Of a DNA stretch of 64,000 nt, positions 53,001 through 63,247 are shown piece after piece. Location of the stretch: the NCBI GenBank assembly GCA_037443035.1, contig JBBIPC010000015.1:1-64000 (forward strand), in the 5' to 3' direction. Source of the stretch: Chthonomonadales bacterium (GTDB taxonomy: Bacteria; Armatimonadota; Chthonomonadetes; Chthonomonadales; CAJBBX01). The stretch's first letter is position 1; the number at the start of each line of letters is the position of its first letter. Made by a program: the position numbers and the translations under genes. Under the pieces are notes generated by a model. It made no database searches and was not told the origin of the DNA. It saw nothing but the letters and a program-made list of their open reading frames with translations.

Positions 53001-54001
53001 CATCCGAGACATCCCATCACCAGGTCATCATCCTCGGCAGCGGTCCAGCCGGCTACACGGCCGCCCTCTACACGGCCCGTGCCGGTCTGAAGCCGCTCGT
53101 GATTGACGGTGGGCCAGGCAAGGGACAGGACATGCAGGGCCAAGGTGGTCAGTTGACGATAACTTCAGAAGTAGAAAACTACCCGGGCTTCCCCGAGGGG
53201 ATTATGGGCCCAGAACTCATGGCTCGGATGCGCGAGCAGGTTGCCCGATTCGGCACGGAATTCGTAGAGGACCTGGCGACCGATGTGGAACTGTCGGCGA
53301 GGCCGTTCCGCGTTTGGGTGAATGATAGCAGCTACACTGCAGATGTGCTCATCGTCGCGACGGGAGCTTCGGCAAGATGGCTCGGCCTGGATGCCGAGAA
53401 GCCGGTATGGGAAGGCGGCCTGGGTGGAGCCGGCGTCTCCGCGTGCGCCACGTGTGACGGTCCCATGCCCGTGTTTCGGAACAAGCCTCTTGTCGTGGTA
53501 GGCGGCGGCGATACTGCGGCGGAGGAGGCGCTGTACCTGACCCACTTCGCTTCGCATGTCTACATCGTCCATCGCCGCGATGCCCTGAGGGCCTCTCGCA
53601 TCATGCAGAAACGCGTGCTGGAACATCCCAAGATCACCGTCCTCTGGAACAAGGTGGTGGCGGACATCCACGACGTGGCACAGAAGCGGGTGACGGGTGT
53701 CTCCCTGCGGGATACCGTTACCGGTGCAGTCGGTTTCCACGAGTGCAGCGGCGTGTTCATCGCCATCGGCCACAAGCCCAACAGCGAGCTCTTTGTGGGC
53801 AAACTCGAACTGGACACCAACGGCTATATCGTGACGCACCGCGATGTTCGTTCCTCCGTTCGTGGCGTCTTCGCGTGTGGCGACGTGCAGGACCATGAGT
53901 ACCGTCAGGCCGTAACCGCCGCGGGTTCCGGCTGCATGGCAGCTATCCAGGCAGAGCGATTTCTGGCCGCGGAGCAGGCTGGCGAAACCGTGGAATGGTA
54001 G
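52997..54001 (+). CDS. trxB: Thioredoxin-disulfide reductase
   Basis: [54 protein letters not shown]. Confidence 0.96.
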   Translation: MTSETSHHQVIILGSGPAGYTAALYTARAGLKPLVIDGGPGKGQDMQGQGGQLTITSEVENYPGFPEGIMGPELMARMREQVARFGTEFVEDLATDVELSARPFRVWVNDSSYTADVLIVATGASARWLGLDAEKPVWEGGLGGAGVSACATCDGPMPVFRNKPLVVVGGGDTAAEEALYLTHFASHVYIVHRRDALRASRIMQKRVLEHPKITVLWNKVVADIHDVAQKRVTGVSLRDTVTGAVGFHECSGVFIAIGHKPNSELFVGKLELDTNGYIVTHRDVRSSVRGVFACGDVQDHEYRQAVTAAGSGCMAAIQAERFLAAEQAGETVEW

Positions 54002-54059
54002 TCGTCCCATTCAGGGCTAAGCGACTCGACATCCGCTGGACGCCGCAGAAACGGTTGCG

Positions 54060-55223
54060 ATGACCGCTGTTGCAGACACCCTTCCCTATGCCGAGCACTT
54101 CACACGGCTGGGAGAGTTGTTCGGCCTCGACACCCCCATCCGGCTTCTTTGGGAAGCGCTGGAACGGGACCAGGTGGCTGGAGCCTATATCCTACGCGGT
54201 CCTACCGGCGTGGGCAAGACCGCCTTGGCTTTGGCATTCGCACAGGCGGCCGCCTGTCTGACTCCGCAGCGGACCCCGTACCGTGCATGCGAGACCTGCG
54301 AAAGCTGTGTTCGCATTGCCGCTGGCACCCAGCCGGAGATTGTTCTCATCCAACCCGCCGGCGAGCAAACGCAGATCTGGCAGTTCTGGGATCGGGAGCG
54401 AAAGCCTCCTGGCGCCCTCGAACGTGCGCTGACCTTCTCTCCCGTGTTGGGCCGGAAGCGCGTGTTCATCCTGGAGCGGGCCGATACGCTCAACCAGGCT
54501 GCGGCCAATAGTATCCTCAAGGTGCTCGAGGAGCCTCCATCCTATGCGGTGTTCGTCTTGCTGACGCCGAGCACCGAGAGGATCCTTCCGACCATCCTCT
54601 CACGCTGTCAGATCGTCACGGTTCGGCCTCCCGAGCGTCAGGCACTCGAGGATTGGCTCGTCAGCCATCACGGCCTACCTTCTCACAGAGCTCCGGTCAT
54701 CGCTGCTCTCGCCGAGGGGTTGCCCGGGACCGCCGTGCGTTTGGTCCGAAACCCTGGTACCTTGGAGGCAGTGGATCGCTGCACGGAAGCCGCCCTTCGT
54801 CTTGCAGACGCACGCGCGTTGGCAGCGCTGAAGATCGCTGAGGAACTGCGGGGGCTGGCTGCCAGCATGAAACCTCTGAGAGCTGCTCCGGAGCCTTCTC
54901 CGAGCGAGGACGGTGAGGAAGGATCCTCGGCACGATCTCGTGCGGATCGAGGCGGTCTCGGCGCGGTGCTAGATGTGGTCATCACCGTGTTTCGCGACCT
55001 GCTGCTCTTGCGGGTGGATCCCGAGAAGACCGAGGTGGTGCATCGTGACCACCTGGACGTCCTGAGAAGCATCGCTGGTCGAGCCGAAGCAGACCATTGG
55101 ATCGGCGCCATGGAGATTCTTTCCCAGGCCAGGCGACGTCTGGAACAGAATGTCTCGCCGCAACTCATTACGGACTGGCTGGCGACGGCCATTGCCAGTC
55201 GCACGATTACAGAGAGGAGCTAG
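54060..55223 (+). CDS. holB: DNA polymerase III subunit delta'
   Basis: GPTGVGKT, C..CESC zinc site, AANSILKVLEEPP, LPTILSRCQ, AEGLPG. Confidence 0.9.
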   Translation: MTAVADTLPYAEHFTRLGELFGLDTPIRLLWEALERDQVAGAYILRGPTGVGKTALALAFAQAAACLTPQRTPYRACETCESCVRIAAGTQPEIVLIQPAGEQTQIWQFWDRERKPPGALERALTFSPVLGRKRVFILERADTLNQAAANSILKVLEEPPSYAVFVLLTPSTERILPTILSRCQIVTVRPPERQALEDWLVSHHGLPSHRAPVIAALAEGLPGTAVRLVRNPGTLEAVDRCTEAALRLADARALAALKIAEELRGLAASMKPLRAAPEPSPSEDGEEGSSARSRADRGGLGAVLDVVITVFRDLLLLRVDPEKTEVVHRDHLDVLRSIAGRAEADHWIGAMEILSQARRRLEQNVSPQLITDWLATAIASRTITERS

Positions 55224-55227
55224 GCGC

Positions 55228-55701
55228 TTGGCGACACTCAAACTAGGAGACCGCGTCCGAATCGTCGCACGCCCGGCAACCGCCGAGGACAGCAAGACGG
55301 GACTTTACTTCCCCCACTACGCGGGATTACCAGGGACGATAGCCCATCTATACTCCGACGGCGAGGCCGCGGTGGAGATCGACCTGGAGGCGCTATCGCC
55401 GGACGTGCGCGCTCGGCACAATTCCGTCCGCGACCAGATGAAGACGAAATGGCTCGAGGGCCTCTCTGAGGAGGGACGTGCACGACTGACAGATCGCGAA
55501 AAGGACTTTCGCCTCCGCTATGTCGTGCTCGTGGCAGTCAAGGATCTGGAGCGGGACAAGACGCCAGTGGCAGCGGCGCCCATCGTATCGGGGGAGACAG
55601 GCGACGGGTCGGATGAGGCTCCGCGCCGGCCAACCTCGGAGGATCTCAGCCGCGCGGAGGAAGAGGAGTTGCTCCGCAGGCGGAGAGACAGGTCGGCGTA
55701 G
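55228..55701 (+). CDS. Hypothetical protein with SH3/KOW-like N-terminus
   Basis: LKLGDRVRIV..YAGLPGTIAHLY..AAVEID; TTG start after GAGGAG, just downstream of the holB stop. Confidence 0.7.
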   Translation: MATLKLGDRVRIVARPATAEDSKTGLYFPHYAGLPGTIAHLYSDGEAAVEIDLEALSPDVRARHNSVRDQMKTKWLEGLSEEGRARLTDREKDFRLRYVVLVAVKDLERDKTPVAAAPIVSGETGDGSDEAPRRPTSEDLSRAEEEELLRRRRDRSA

Positions 55702-55720
55702 TACCTCGGCCGATTAGTTC

Positions 55721-56407
55721 CTAACCGCCACCGAGTGCTGCCGAGGGACAAAGCTCGGCAACGGGACACTCCGCACAGCGCGGTCTGCGAGCATCGCAAA
55801 GATCCCGGCCGTGGAGGATGAGCGTATGGCCCAGCACGGTCCACAGGTCTCTGGGAAACAGCGCCATCAGATCCTGTTCGATCTTGTCTGGGTCGGTGTG
55901 CTGGGTCCAGCCGAGCCGCTGCGCGATACGCTTCACATGCGTATCAACGACAACGCCCTCGTTCTTGCCGAACGCCGTCCCTAAGACGACGTTTGCGGTC
56001 TTCCGTGCAACACCCCGGAGAGAGGTTAACTCGTCCATATTCTCCGGCACCTTACCGCCGAACCGAGTGACGATGTCCTGGCTCATGGTGATGAGGCTCT
56101 TCGTCTTCTCGCGGAAGAACCCCGTGCTCCGGATCATGCTCTCCAGCTCAGCGGGATCGGCCGCAGCCATGGCATAGGGGTCGGGATAGCGGGCGAACAG
56201 GGCCGGCGTGACCATGTTCACCCGCTTGTCCGTACACTGGGCACTCAGGATGGTGGCGCAGAGGAGTTCCCACGCGTTGCGATGGACGAGCGCGCACGTG
56301 GCCCCTGGGTAGCGCTCCATGAGCCGCTCCAGCACCTCCATCGCGGGCCGTGGATCGGGTGCTTTAGCGGTGCGATCCGCAGCGCCGCCTCCACTGCGCC
56401 GGACCAT
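55721..56407 (-). CDS. nth: Endonuclease III
   Basis: ILSAQCTDKRVN, LRGVARKTANVV (HhH), VDTHV, C-x6-C-x2-C-x5-C FeS cluster motif. Confidence 0.96.
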   Translation of the reverse strand: MVRRSGGGAADRTAKAPDPRPAMEVLERLMERYPGATCALVHRNAWELLCATILSAQCTDKRVNMVTPALFARYPDPYAMAAADPAELESMIRSTGFFREKTKSLITMSQDIVTRFGGKVPENMDELTSLRGVARKTANVVLGTAFGKNEGVVVDTHVKRIAQRLGWTQHTDPDKIEQDLMALFPRDLWTVLGHTLILHGRDLCDARRPRCAECPVAELCPSAALGGG

Positions 56408-56408
56408 A

Positions 56409-57677
56409 TCAGTCGAGCTCGATGCCTAGCTTCTTCAGAGCCTCCTCGATACGCTTGTCGCCATCGCTGTAGCCGACAATAGCCTCGGCCACCCTGCCCT
56501 GCGCGTCAATGATGTAGGTCGTGGGGATGCCGCTCACGTTGAACAGCTTGCCAGCGATACTACTGGCGCCGCGTCCAGCAGGATCGAACGCGAACTGGTA
56601 GCCGTACTTGGTCTTGTTCGTCTCCAGCCATGCATCGTACGCCTGCTTCGTATCCCATACGCAGACAGCAAGGATGACGGCATTCTTCCCCTGGATGGCC
56701 TTGTGGACTTCCTGCAAGTGCGGCATGGACTTCTGGCACGGAGGACACCATGTCGCCCAGAAGTCCAGAATGACGATCTTCCCCCGATAGTCCGAGAGCT
56801 TCACATCACCGCCGCCTGCCTTTTCCGCCACGAAATCCGGAGCTTGTGTCCCCGGCTTGAGGAGTTCTGGCCTAGCTGGCTGCTTCGGCGAAAGATCGAG
56901 AGCCGCCTTGGTGGTTGGGCGCAGAGTGAGATTGGAACCGTCGGGTGCGACGACGGCTTCGTAGACCTTCTCTCCAAGCTTGAACGGAGCGCGGATATCC
57001 AGCGGTCCCAGCCCCCATTTGCCGTCGTCGTTGATGTCTACGAGGAGCCAGACCGGCCGCGTCTTGGAGGCTTCCTCGACGGTGCCGACCGGTTTGGAGA
57101 ATAGACCGTCGCTATCGTTCTCGATGAGCAGGACCTTGTGCTGCTTGCCGTCCAGGGCGATGGTCCCTGTACGGGCAGCCTCCCGGTAGACGAGAAGGGC
57201 CGGGATGTCGGCGAAGCGGTACACGGCGATGCCGTACTGGACCGAGGATGTCTCTTTGGCAGCGGATCCATAGGAGGCGCGCACCATGTAGCGGTTCACG
57301 CCATACATGACCCTCCCATTCCGATCAGAACGGTTGCTCCACTTGCCATCGCCGTCGTCCGTCAGGTCACCGTTCGAATTTGCGTCCACATAGATTCGCC
57401 ATTCACCGCCTTCCGGTTCGTCCACGGCAATCGCGATGGCGCTTCGTGGTCCATTGCCCACACGCAGCACGCCGTACTTTGGCGTCGTCACATAGGCGGG
57501 TTCCTTCTTGACTGTATGCGGCTTCTGAGGGCTCAGGGCGACGCGCACAGGAAAGTAGCCAACCCTTGCCAGGGTCGTGCCACGCGGTTCTAGCTCGAGC
57601 TTGGCCGTCTGCGCCCATGCGAAGAGGGGCATGATGAGGAGTGTCAGCACAACTCCGGCAATGAGACTATGACGCAT
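56409..57677 (-). CDS. Secreted TlpA/redoxin family protein with large N-terminal domain
   Basis: Signal peptide; DANSNGDLTDD and DINDDG Ca-binding-like motifs; APDF, DFWATWCPPC, GIPTTYIID. Confidence 0.88.
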   Translation of the reverse strand: MRHSLIAGVVLTLLIMPLFAWAQTAKLELEPRGTTLARVGYFPVRVALSPQKPHTVKKEPAYVTTPKYGVLRVGNGPRSAIAIAVDEPEGGEWRIYVDANSNGDLTDDGDGKWSNRSDRNGRVMYGVNRYMVRASYGSAAKETSSVQYGIAVYRFADIPALLVYREAARTGTIALDGKQHKVLLIENDSDGLFSKPVGTVEEASKTRPVWLLVDINDDGKWGLGPLDIRAPFKLGEKVYEAVVAPDGSNLTLRPTTKAALDLSPKQPARPELLKPGTQAPDFVAEKAGGGDVKLSDYRGKIVILDFWATWCPPCQKSMPHLQEVHKAIQGKNAVILAVCVWDTKQAYDAWLETNKTKYGYQFAFDPAGRGASSIAGKLFNVSGIPTTYIIDAQGRVAEAIVGYSDGDKRIEEALKKLGIELD

Positions 57678-57759
57678 AGATGTCCGCCTCCTTGTGGTGG
57701 CTTTCGATGGACCCGGAGCAATAGGACCCGGTTCATGATAGCTTACCTGCTGCAGCTAA

Positions 57760-57789
57760 GGAAAAGGGAGGGTCCGGTGGACCCTCCCT
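57760..57789 (-). terminator. Intrinsic terminator of the SBBP-repeat gene
   Basis: Minus strand AGGGAGGGTCC-ACC-GGACCCTCCCT followed by TTTCC. Confidence 0.75.
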
Positions 57790-57810
57790 GATACGTCACG
57801 GCTACGGGGA

Positions 57811-60789
57811 TCAGTAGATGGTCAGCGTTCCGGTTCCCACGCCTGCATCCACGAACGCATCGCCCGCGAACTCGCAGGTCTGCGTGTGCGTGCCGATGCT
57901 CTCCGTCGTCGGATACAAGAACGTCGCAACCCCCGAGCCATTGGTGTTCATCGAGTGGATGGGTGTGCCATCTATCTTCCAGACGACCGGCTTGTTGCCT
58001 TGCGGCAGATAATCGTACAGCCGTCGGAAGTAGGCGTAGAGCTTGACGGTACCGTGATACGGGACGCTCTTGTTCGCCACCCAGATGTACGGAAGCGCGG
58101 GCAGAACGTTGAGGTTGGCCGTCTTGCTGACCGGCAGGTAGCCACTGTCGCCGACCCACTCCGAGAGGATGATCCGCGTTCCTGCGCCACTGCCGTCCGG
58201 CACCACATAGACGGGCCACTTCGCATAGCCGTTCACGTCCGTGTAACGTGTGACGACAAAGGAGCCGTCTACGTAGAAGTTGATCGGCTTGTTGTAGATC
58301 GGGGTGTAATCGCTGCGTACAAGTCGGCACTTGAGCTCGGTGGTACCCGTAATTCTCTGGGTCCTGTCGAACGTTGCCATCTTCGTCGCCCAGACTACCG
58401 CCGTCAGGGTTGCGTTGGCGCTGGACGGGAGATAGGGGTCGTTCCCTGCGAACTCCGCCGTGATGGTTCGTGTTGTCGGACCAGGTGTTATCGTCCAGAG
58501 ATAGTTGGCATCGCCGCCGCCATCCGTGATACCTGTGCCCACGGGTGTGCCATCTATCTTGAAGGTGATCGTCTGGCCGCTCAGCAGACCGTTATCGTAG
58601 GTCCTGCGGAGGTCATAGGAGCGCAGGTTGACGCCTTCGCCGACCGTGCCAGTGCGATCGATCGTGTAGAGCGTCGTCGGCAGGTAGAGCACGTTGAAGC
58701 GCGCCAGGAACCCGTCCTCGTAACCGCCGCCGTAGGCTGGCTTGATCACACCGGAGGTCGTCGGGAAGTTCGTAGATGTCGTGAAGCCAGAGACGTAAAG
58801 GATATTGGAGCCGTCGCTGGCCACTCCCGTGGCGCCGTCGAGACCGCTACCACCCATGTACGTGGAATACTTCAGAAGCACCCCGCCTCCGGTGGGCTGA
58901 ATCCTGGCGACAAAGGCGTCGCTGTAACCGCTGCGCACCGTCTGGAACGCTCCTGGGGTCACGGGGAAGTCGGGGGACCGGGTCTCGCCCACAATGTACA
59001 TGTGACCGAGGCCATCCTGTGCCAGGGCATTTGCCACGTCATCTTCGGAACCACCCAGGTAGGTGCCCCAGTGCAGGACTGCACCGCCAGGTTCTATGGC
59101 TGCGAAGAAAGCATCCTTCCTCCCCGCATTCGCGCCTTGGTAAGCTCCTCGGAGGGGCAAGTCGTTGGAGTCAGCACGACCCACGAAGCAGACGTTGCCC
59201 GAACCGTCTATGGCCACCGCCTCGGCTCCGTCGGTCCAGGAGCCGCCGTAGAGGGTAGACCAGACGAGGCTCGAGCCGCTCGCGTCGAACATAGTGACGA
59301 AGGCATCGCTCTCGCCCTTGATGGTGGTCTGGTAAGCGCCGGGTGTCGTGGGGAACGTAGCGGAGTTCGTCCGTCCGACCACCACGACGCGGCTGTAGTT
59401 GTCCACTGTCACGCCAGTTCCGTACTGCTCCTGGGCGTTACCGTGCAGATAGCTGGAGAAGTGGTACGCACTGAGCCCCGGAACCAGGACGGTCGCGAAC
59501 GCTGAGCTGGGCAGGCCAGATGGCCACGTGGTCTGGAATGCGCCACCTGTCGTCGGGAAGTTCGGCGACTGGGTCCAGCCCGTGACCGCGACACTGCCGG
59601 TATTCGGATCGAGGGCCACGGAGCGTAGGGTGTCGTAGCCAGATCCGCCCACATAGGTCGAGGCCACGAGACCATTGCCCGTCGCGTCTAGCTCCGTAAC
59701 GAAGCCGTCCGCACCTCCCGCGTTGGTGGGCTGGACGACGCCCGGCGTTACCGGAAAGTCGGGTGAATCCGTGTCGCCTACCACGACAGCATTGCCGCTC
59801 CTGAGGACAATGGCGGAAGCATAGTCGTAGCCTGAGCCGCCCAAGTACGTCGAGTAGATCAGCGTCTTGCCGTCCGGGCTTATCTTGCTGACGACAGCAT
59901 CGTAGTTGCCATTGATCGTCGTGTCATAGGCGCCGGACGTCACGGGGAAGTTGCCGCTGTTGGTCCAGCTTGCGACATAGGCGTAGCCCGCCCCATCTAC
60001 GGCCACGGCCTGGGCGCCATCGTCGCCAGAACCACCCAGATACGTACCGAACTCGCGCACGGGTTCGACGAGCGGGTCGATGACGAGCGTGCGATTCCGA
60101 TCGTAGCTGGCCACCCGGAAGCCGATGGAGCCATCGGACTTGGTCTCGAACCTTGCTGCCACCGGCACCTGGCGTCCGTTGATTACCTGGTACGCATACG
60201 GACGCCGGTTCCGGAGCTCGCCAGAGCTCATCCGGAGACGCAGCTCGCCCGAGGACGTTACTGCCGCCCGGGCACCATCGTAGGTCAGCCGGATCTGCCT
60301 AGGATCGGCGCCAGGAGCGACGACGAAGTCATACTGCAACCGAACCTGATTGCCGTAGTACACGAGGTCAATGCCCGGATACACACTCCTGTAGAGGACG
60401 CGCCCATAGGTCGGCACATCGGTAATCCATCGGGAGCGATCCTGCCCGAGCAGGTAGTTGGTCTTGCCTCGAAGTGGCTCTGCCGCGGTCGGTCGCGACG
60501 GGCTTGCGCCGAGGGGCCTCATGTTCACGGTGGCCCCTTTTTCGCGGAGTGTCAGGCTCGCGGCGCTGTCACGCAGCTCTACGGAGTAGCCCTGTCCGCG
60601 AGCCACATAACGGACGTCGCTGCCGGCCTGACCCATGTTGCGCTCGAAGTGCAACTTGACCTGAGCGAAGAGTGCGCTGGCCCTCGAACGTGGCACAGCG
60701 GTTCCCGCCTGACCGAACGCTCCAGGCATAGCCAGAAGCAACAGCGATCCGGCGGACAAGACACGGCTCAGAGTGCCCACATGCATCAT
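57811..60789 (-). CDS. Secreted SBBP beta-propeller repeat protein with C-terminal Ig-like domains
   Basis: FERNMGQ, VYPGIDLVYYG, YDFVVAPGADP, repeated STYLGGSG..D..G.T.S.DFP units, C-terminal beta-sandwich repeats. Confidence 0.9.
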   Translation of the reverse strand: MMHVGTLSRVLSAGSLLLLAMPGAFGQAGTAVPRSRASALFAQVKLHFERNMGQAGSDVRYVARGQGYSVELRDSAASLTLREKGATVNMRPLGASPSRPTAAEPLRGKTNYLLGQDRSRWITDVPTYGRVLYRSVYPGIDLVYYGNQVRLQYDFVVAPGADPRQIRLTYDGARAAVTSSGELRLRMSSGELRNRRPYAYQVINGRQVPVAARFETKSDGSIGFRVASYDRNRTLVIDPLVEPVREFGTYLGGSGDDGAQAVAVDGAGYAYVASWTNSGNFPVTSGAYDTTINGNYDAVVSKISPDGKTLIYSTYLGGSGYDYASAIVLRSGNAVVVGDTDSPDFPVTPGVVQPTNAGGADGFVTELDATGNGLVASTYVGGSGYDTLRSVALDPNTGSVAVTGWTQSPNFPTTGGAFQTTWPSGLPSSAFATVLVPGLSAYHFSSYLHGNAQEQYGTGVTVDNYSRVVVVGRTNSATFPTTPGAYQTTIKGESDAFVTMFDASGSSLVWSTLYGGSWTDGAEAVAIDGSGNVCFVGRADSNDLPLRGAYQGANAGRKDAFFAAIEPGGAVLHWGTYLGGSEDDVANALAQDGLGHMYIVGETRSPDFPVTPGAFQTVRSGYSDAFVARIQPTGGGVLLKYSTYMGGSGLDGATGVASDGSNILYVSGFTTSTNFPTTSGVIKPAYGGGYEDGFLARFNVLYLPTTLYTIDRTGTVGEGVNLRSYDLRRTYDNGLLSGQTITFKIDGTPVGTGITDGGGDANYLWTITPGPTTRTITAEFAGNDPYLPSSANATLTAVVWATKMATFDRTQRITGTTELKCRLVRSDYTPIYNKPINFYVDGSFVVTRYTDVNGYAKWPVYVVPDGSGAGTRIILSEWVGDSGYLPVSKTANLNVLPALPYIWVANKSVPYHGTVKLYAYFRRLYDYLPQGNKPVVWKIDGTPIHSMNTNGSGVATFLYPTTESIGTHTQTCEFAGDAFVDAGVGTGTLTIY

Positions 60790-61152
60790 CGTTTCTGCGT
60801 TCTCCTTTCGGCCTGCGGCGATGCCTTTGCTACGGCGCCGCCGGCTTTCTCACCGGAGCAGTATGCCGTTCCAAGCACGGCCGGATACTGCACATGCATG
60901 AATCCGTGCTATCCAACAAGCTGTCTGCGGCCTGGCCGAACGTCGGGCGCTGTAGGCCAGGCTAGAGCCATCAACGACGAGAAGCCGCTCACTTCAAGGA
61001 GCGGTTCCCGTAGTACTGTCTAGTATAACGCGTTTCGGGCGAATGTGCTAGTCCTCTAGCAGAAAAACCACGAAAAAGTGGCTGCACCGCTCCATGGGAG
61101 CATCCGACGTACCCGGCTATACGGGATCGCTATGCTAGAATACGCCCCTAGG

Positions 61153-63030
61153 ATGGAGTCTCCTGTCTGGGATGTGATTGTCGTCGGTTCCGGCCACGCG
61201 GGATGCGAGGCGGCTCTCGCGTCAGCACGTCTAGGATGCGCTACCCTTCTGGTAACCCTGCCCTCGGCCCAGACGGCACACATGCCCTGCAATTGCTCCG
61301 TCGGCGGGCCGGGCAAAGGCCATCTTGTCCGCGAGGTAGATGCGCTCGGCGGTCAAATGGCCCTGGCTGTGGATCAGACCTACACCCACATTCGTTCCGT
61401 GGGTACCGGCAAGGGCTACGCAATACGCACTCTCCGTGCGCAGGTAGACAAGGACGCTTACACTGCCGCTATGGAGGCGGCTCTTCAGGCGACGCCAGGA
61501 CTGAAAATGCTGCGCGCCGAGGTCGCTGATGTTCGCATTCACGCTGGTGACGGCCTGGAGATCCGGCTCACCGACGGTCGGTGCCTACGGACCCGCTCCG
61601 CCGTCATTACCACGGGTACTTACCTCAATGGCGTCATGCACTGTGGTGAGACGCGAACACCCGGCGGATGCCTCGGTTCCATGCCAGTGGTCACCCTGTC
61701 CCAGTCTCTGGCGCGCCTCGGGTTGAGGCTGGGCCGCTTCAAGACGGGTACGACACCCCGCGTCCACTCCGATAGCATCCAGTGGCAAGAGCTGGAGGAG
61801 ATACCGTCGGAGGAGACCGCGCCTTTTTCTTACCTCCTCGATGCCACGACCGCACGGCGACCGACCGTCTCGTGCTGGCAGACCCACACGAACTCGGAAA
61901 CGCATAGAATCATCCGCGAGAACCTTCATCGTTCAGCCCTCTACGGTGGCCGCATCCAGGGTATAGGGCCGCGCTACTGCCCGAGTATCGAGGACAAGGT
62001 CGTCCGGTTCGCCGAGAAGGTCTCGCATCCCGTCTTCTTCGAGCGGGAGTACGGGAACCGGCCCTCCATCTACGTGCAAGGGATGAGCACGAGCCTGCCC
62101 GCAGACGTGCAGCTTGCCATGCTCCGGACACTGCCAGGACTTCAGGACGTGGAGATGATCCGGCCCGGATATGCAGTGGAGTACGACATGGTCTACCCGG
62201 ATCAGCTCCGCCATACACTAGAGTGCAAGGCCGTGCCGGGGCTCTTCCTAGCTGGTCAGGTGAACGGCACTTCGGGCTACGAAGAGGCTGCGGCCCAGGG
62301 TCTCGTGGCCGGTATCAACGCAGCCCTCCGCTGCCTGGGAAAGGAACCCATCCTCCTGGACCGTCACGAGAGCTACATAGGCGTACTCATAGATGATCTG
62401 GTCACCAAGGGCGTGGAGGACCCGTACCGGATGCTGACGGCCAGGGCTGAATGCCGCCTCTACCTGCGTCATGACAATGCCGACCTCCGTCTTACGCCGA
62501 TCGCAGAGAAGATCGGCCTCGCATCACCCGAACGGCTCGAGCGTTTCCACCGCCGCCGGAAGGCCATCGAGGCAGAACGTCGGCGTCTGGCGAGCATATC
62601 CCTCGGCCCCATGGATAGCGACATCGTGGCTAGGCTCGGCACAGCACCTGTCCCGGAGCGCACCTCCCTTCTCGAACTGCTCAAGCGACCCGAGGTGACT
62701 TACGCCCGACTGTGCGAGTTGTATCCCCCCGACGGAGCCTGGTCGCCTGACGTGGGAGAGGCGTTGGAGGTCGAAGCTCGCTACGCCGGTTACATCGCAC
62801 GCCAGGAACGGCGCACAGGTCGTATCCGCGAGTGGGATCTCGTCCCCATACCTTCCTGTCTGGACTACAGCACACTTCGCGGCCTCTCTCGCGAGGGCGC
62901 CGAGAAGCTCGCCAGAGTGACGCCTATGACCGTTGGCCAGGCCGCTCGCATTCCAGGGGTCACACCGGCGGATGTTCAGGTACTGATGGTACACCTCCTC
63001 CGGATTCAGCGATCCAAGACCGTCGCCTGA
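61153..63030 (+). CDS. mnmG: tRNA uridine-5-carboxymethylaminomethyl(34) synthesis enzyme MnmG/GidA
   Basis: VVGSGHAGCEAALA, MPCNCSVGG, FKTGTTPR, GPRYCPSIEDK, AGQVNGTSGYEEAAAQG, IPGVTPAD. Confidence 0.97.
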   Translation: MESPVWDVIVVGSGHAGCEAALASARLGCATLLVTLPSAQTAHMPCNCSVGGPGKGHLVREVDALGGQMALAVDQTYTHIRSVGTGKGYAIRTLRAQVDKDAYTAAMEAALQATPGLKMLRAEVADVRIHAGDGLEIRLTDGRCLRTRSAVITTGTYLNGVMHCGETRTPGGCLGSMPVVTLSQSLARLGLRLGRFKTGTTPRVHSDSIQWQELEEIPSEETAPFSYLLDATTARRPTVSCWQTHTNSETHRIIRENLHRSALYGGRIQGIGPRYCPSIEDKVVRFAEKVSHPVFFEREYGNRPSIYVQGMSTSLPADVQLAMLRTLPGLQDVEMIRPGYAVEYDMVYPDQLRHTLECKAVPGLFLAGQVNGTSGYEEAAAQGLVAGINAALRCLGKEPILLDRHESYIGVLIDDLVTKGVEDPYRMLTARAECRLYLRHDNADLRLTPIAEKIGLASPERLERFHRRRKAIEAERRRLASISLGPMDSDIVARLGTAPVPERTSLLELLKRPEVTYARLCELYPPDGAWSPDVGEALEVEARYAGYIARQERRTGRIREWDLVPIPSCLDYSTLRGLSREGAEKLARVTPMTVGQAARIPGVTPADVQVLMVHLLRIQRSKTVA

Positions 63031-63247
63031 CGGTCACTCCTGCGAGCAGTCGCCCAGCCAGCCACCGCGCGTTCGCGTAGATCCCTGCCCGTTGAGGTGC
63101 AGCACCATTGAAGCCCAGACCGGTCGCGACTCGTCTAAGAGCTAACGCTCTTGCGAGCCCTGGCGGACGCTAGGACCGATTCTCACGCGCCAATGCCGTC
63201 AGTCCAGTTGTTGCTCGCCGATGCCTAGGCATCACAAGGAGGGACGT

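Noticed and set aside
57886..59505. 539-aa antisense ORF
   Set aside because: Shadow of the SBBP-repeat gene.
58700..60050. Nucleotide repeats within the SBBP gene
   Set aside because: Explained by protein beta-propeller repeats.
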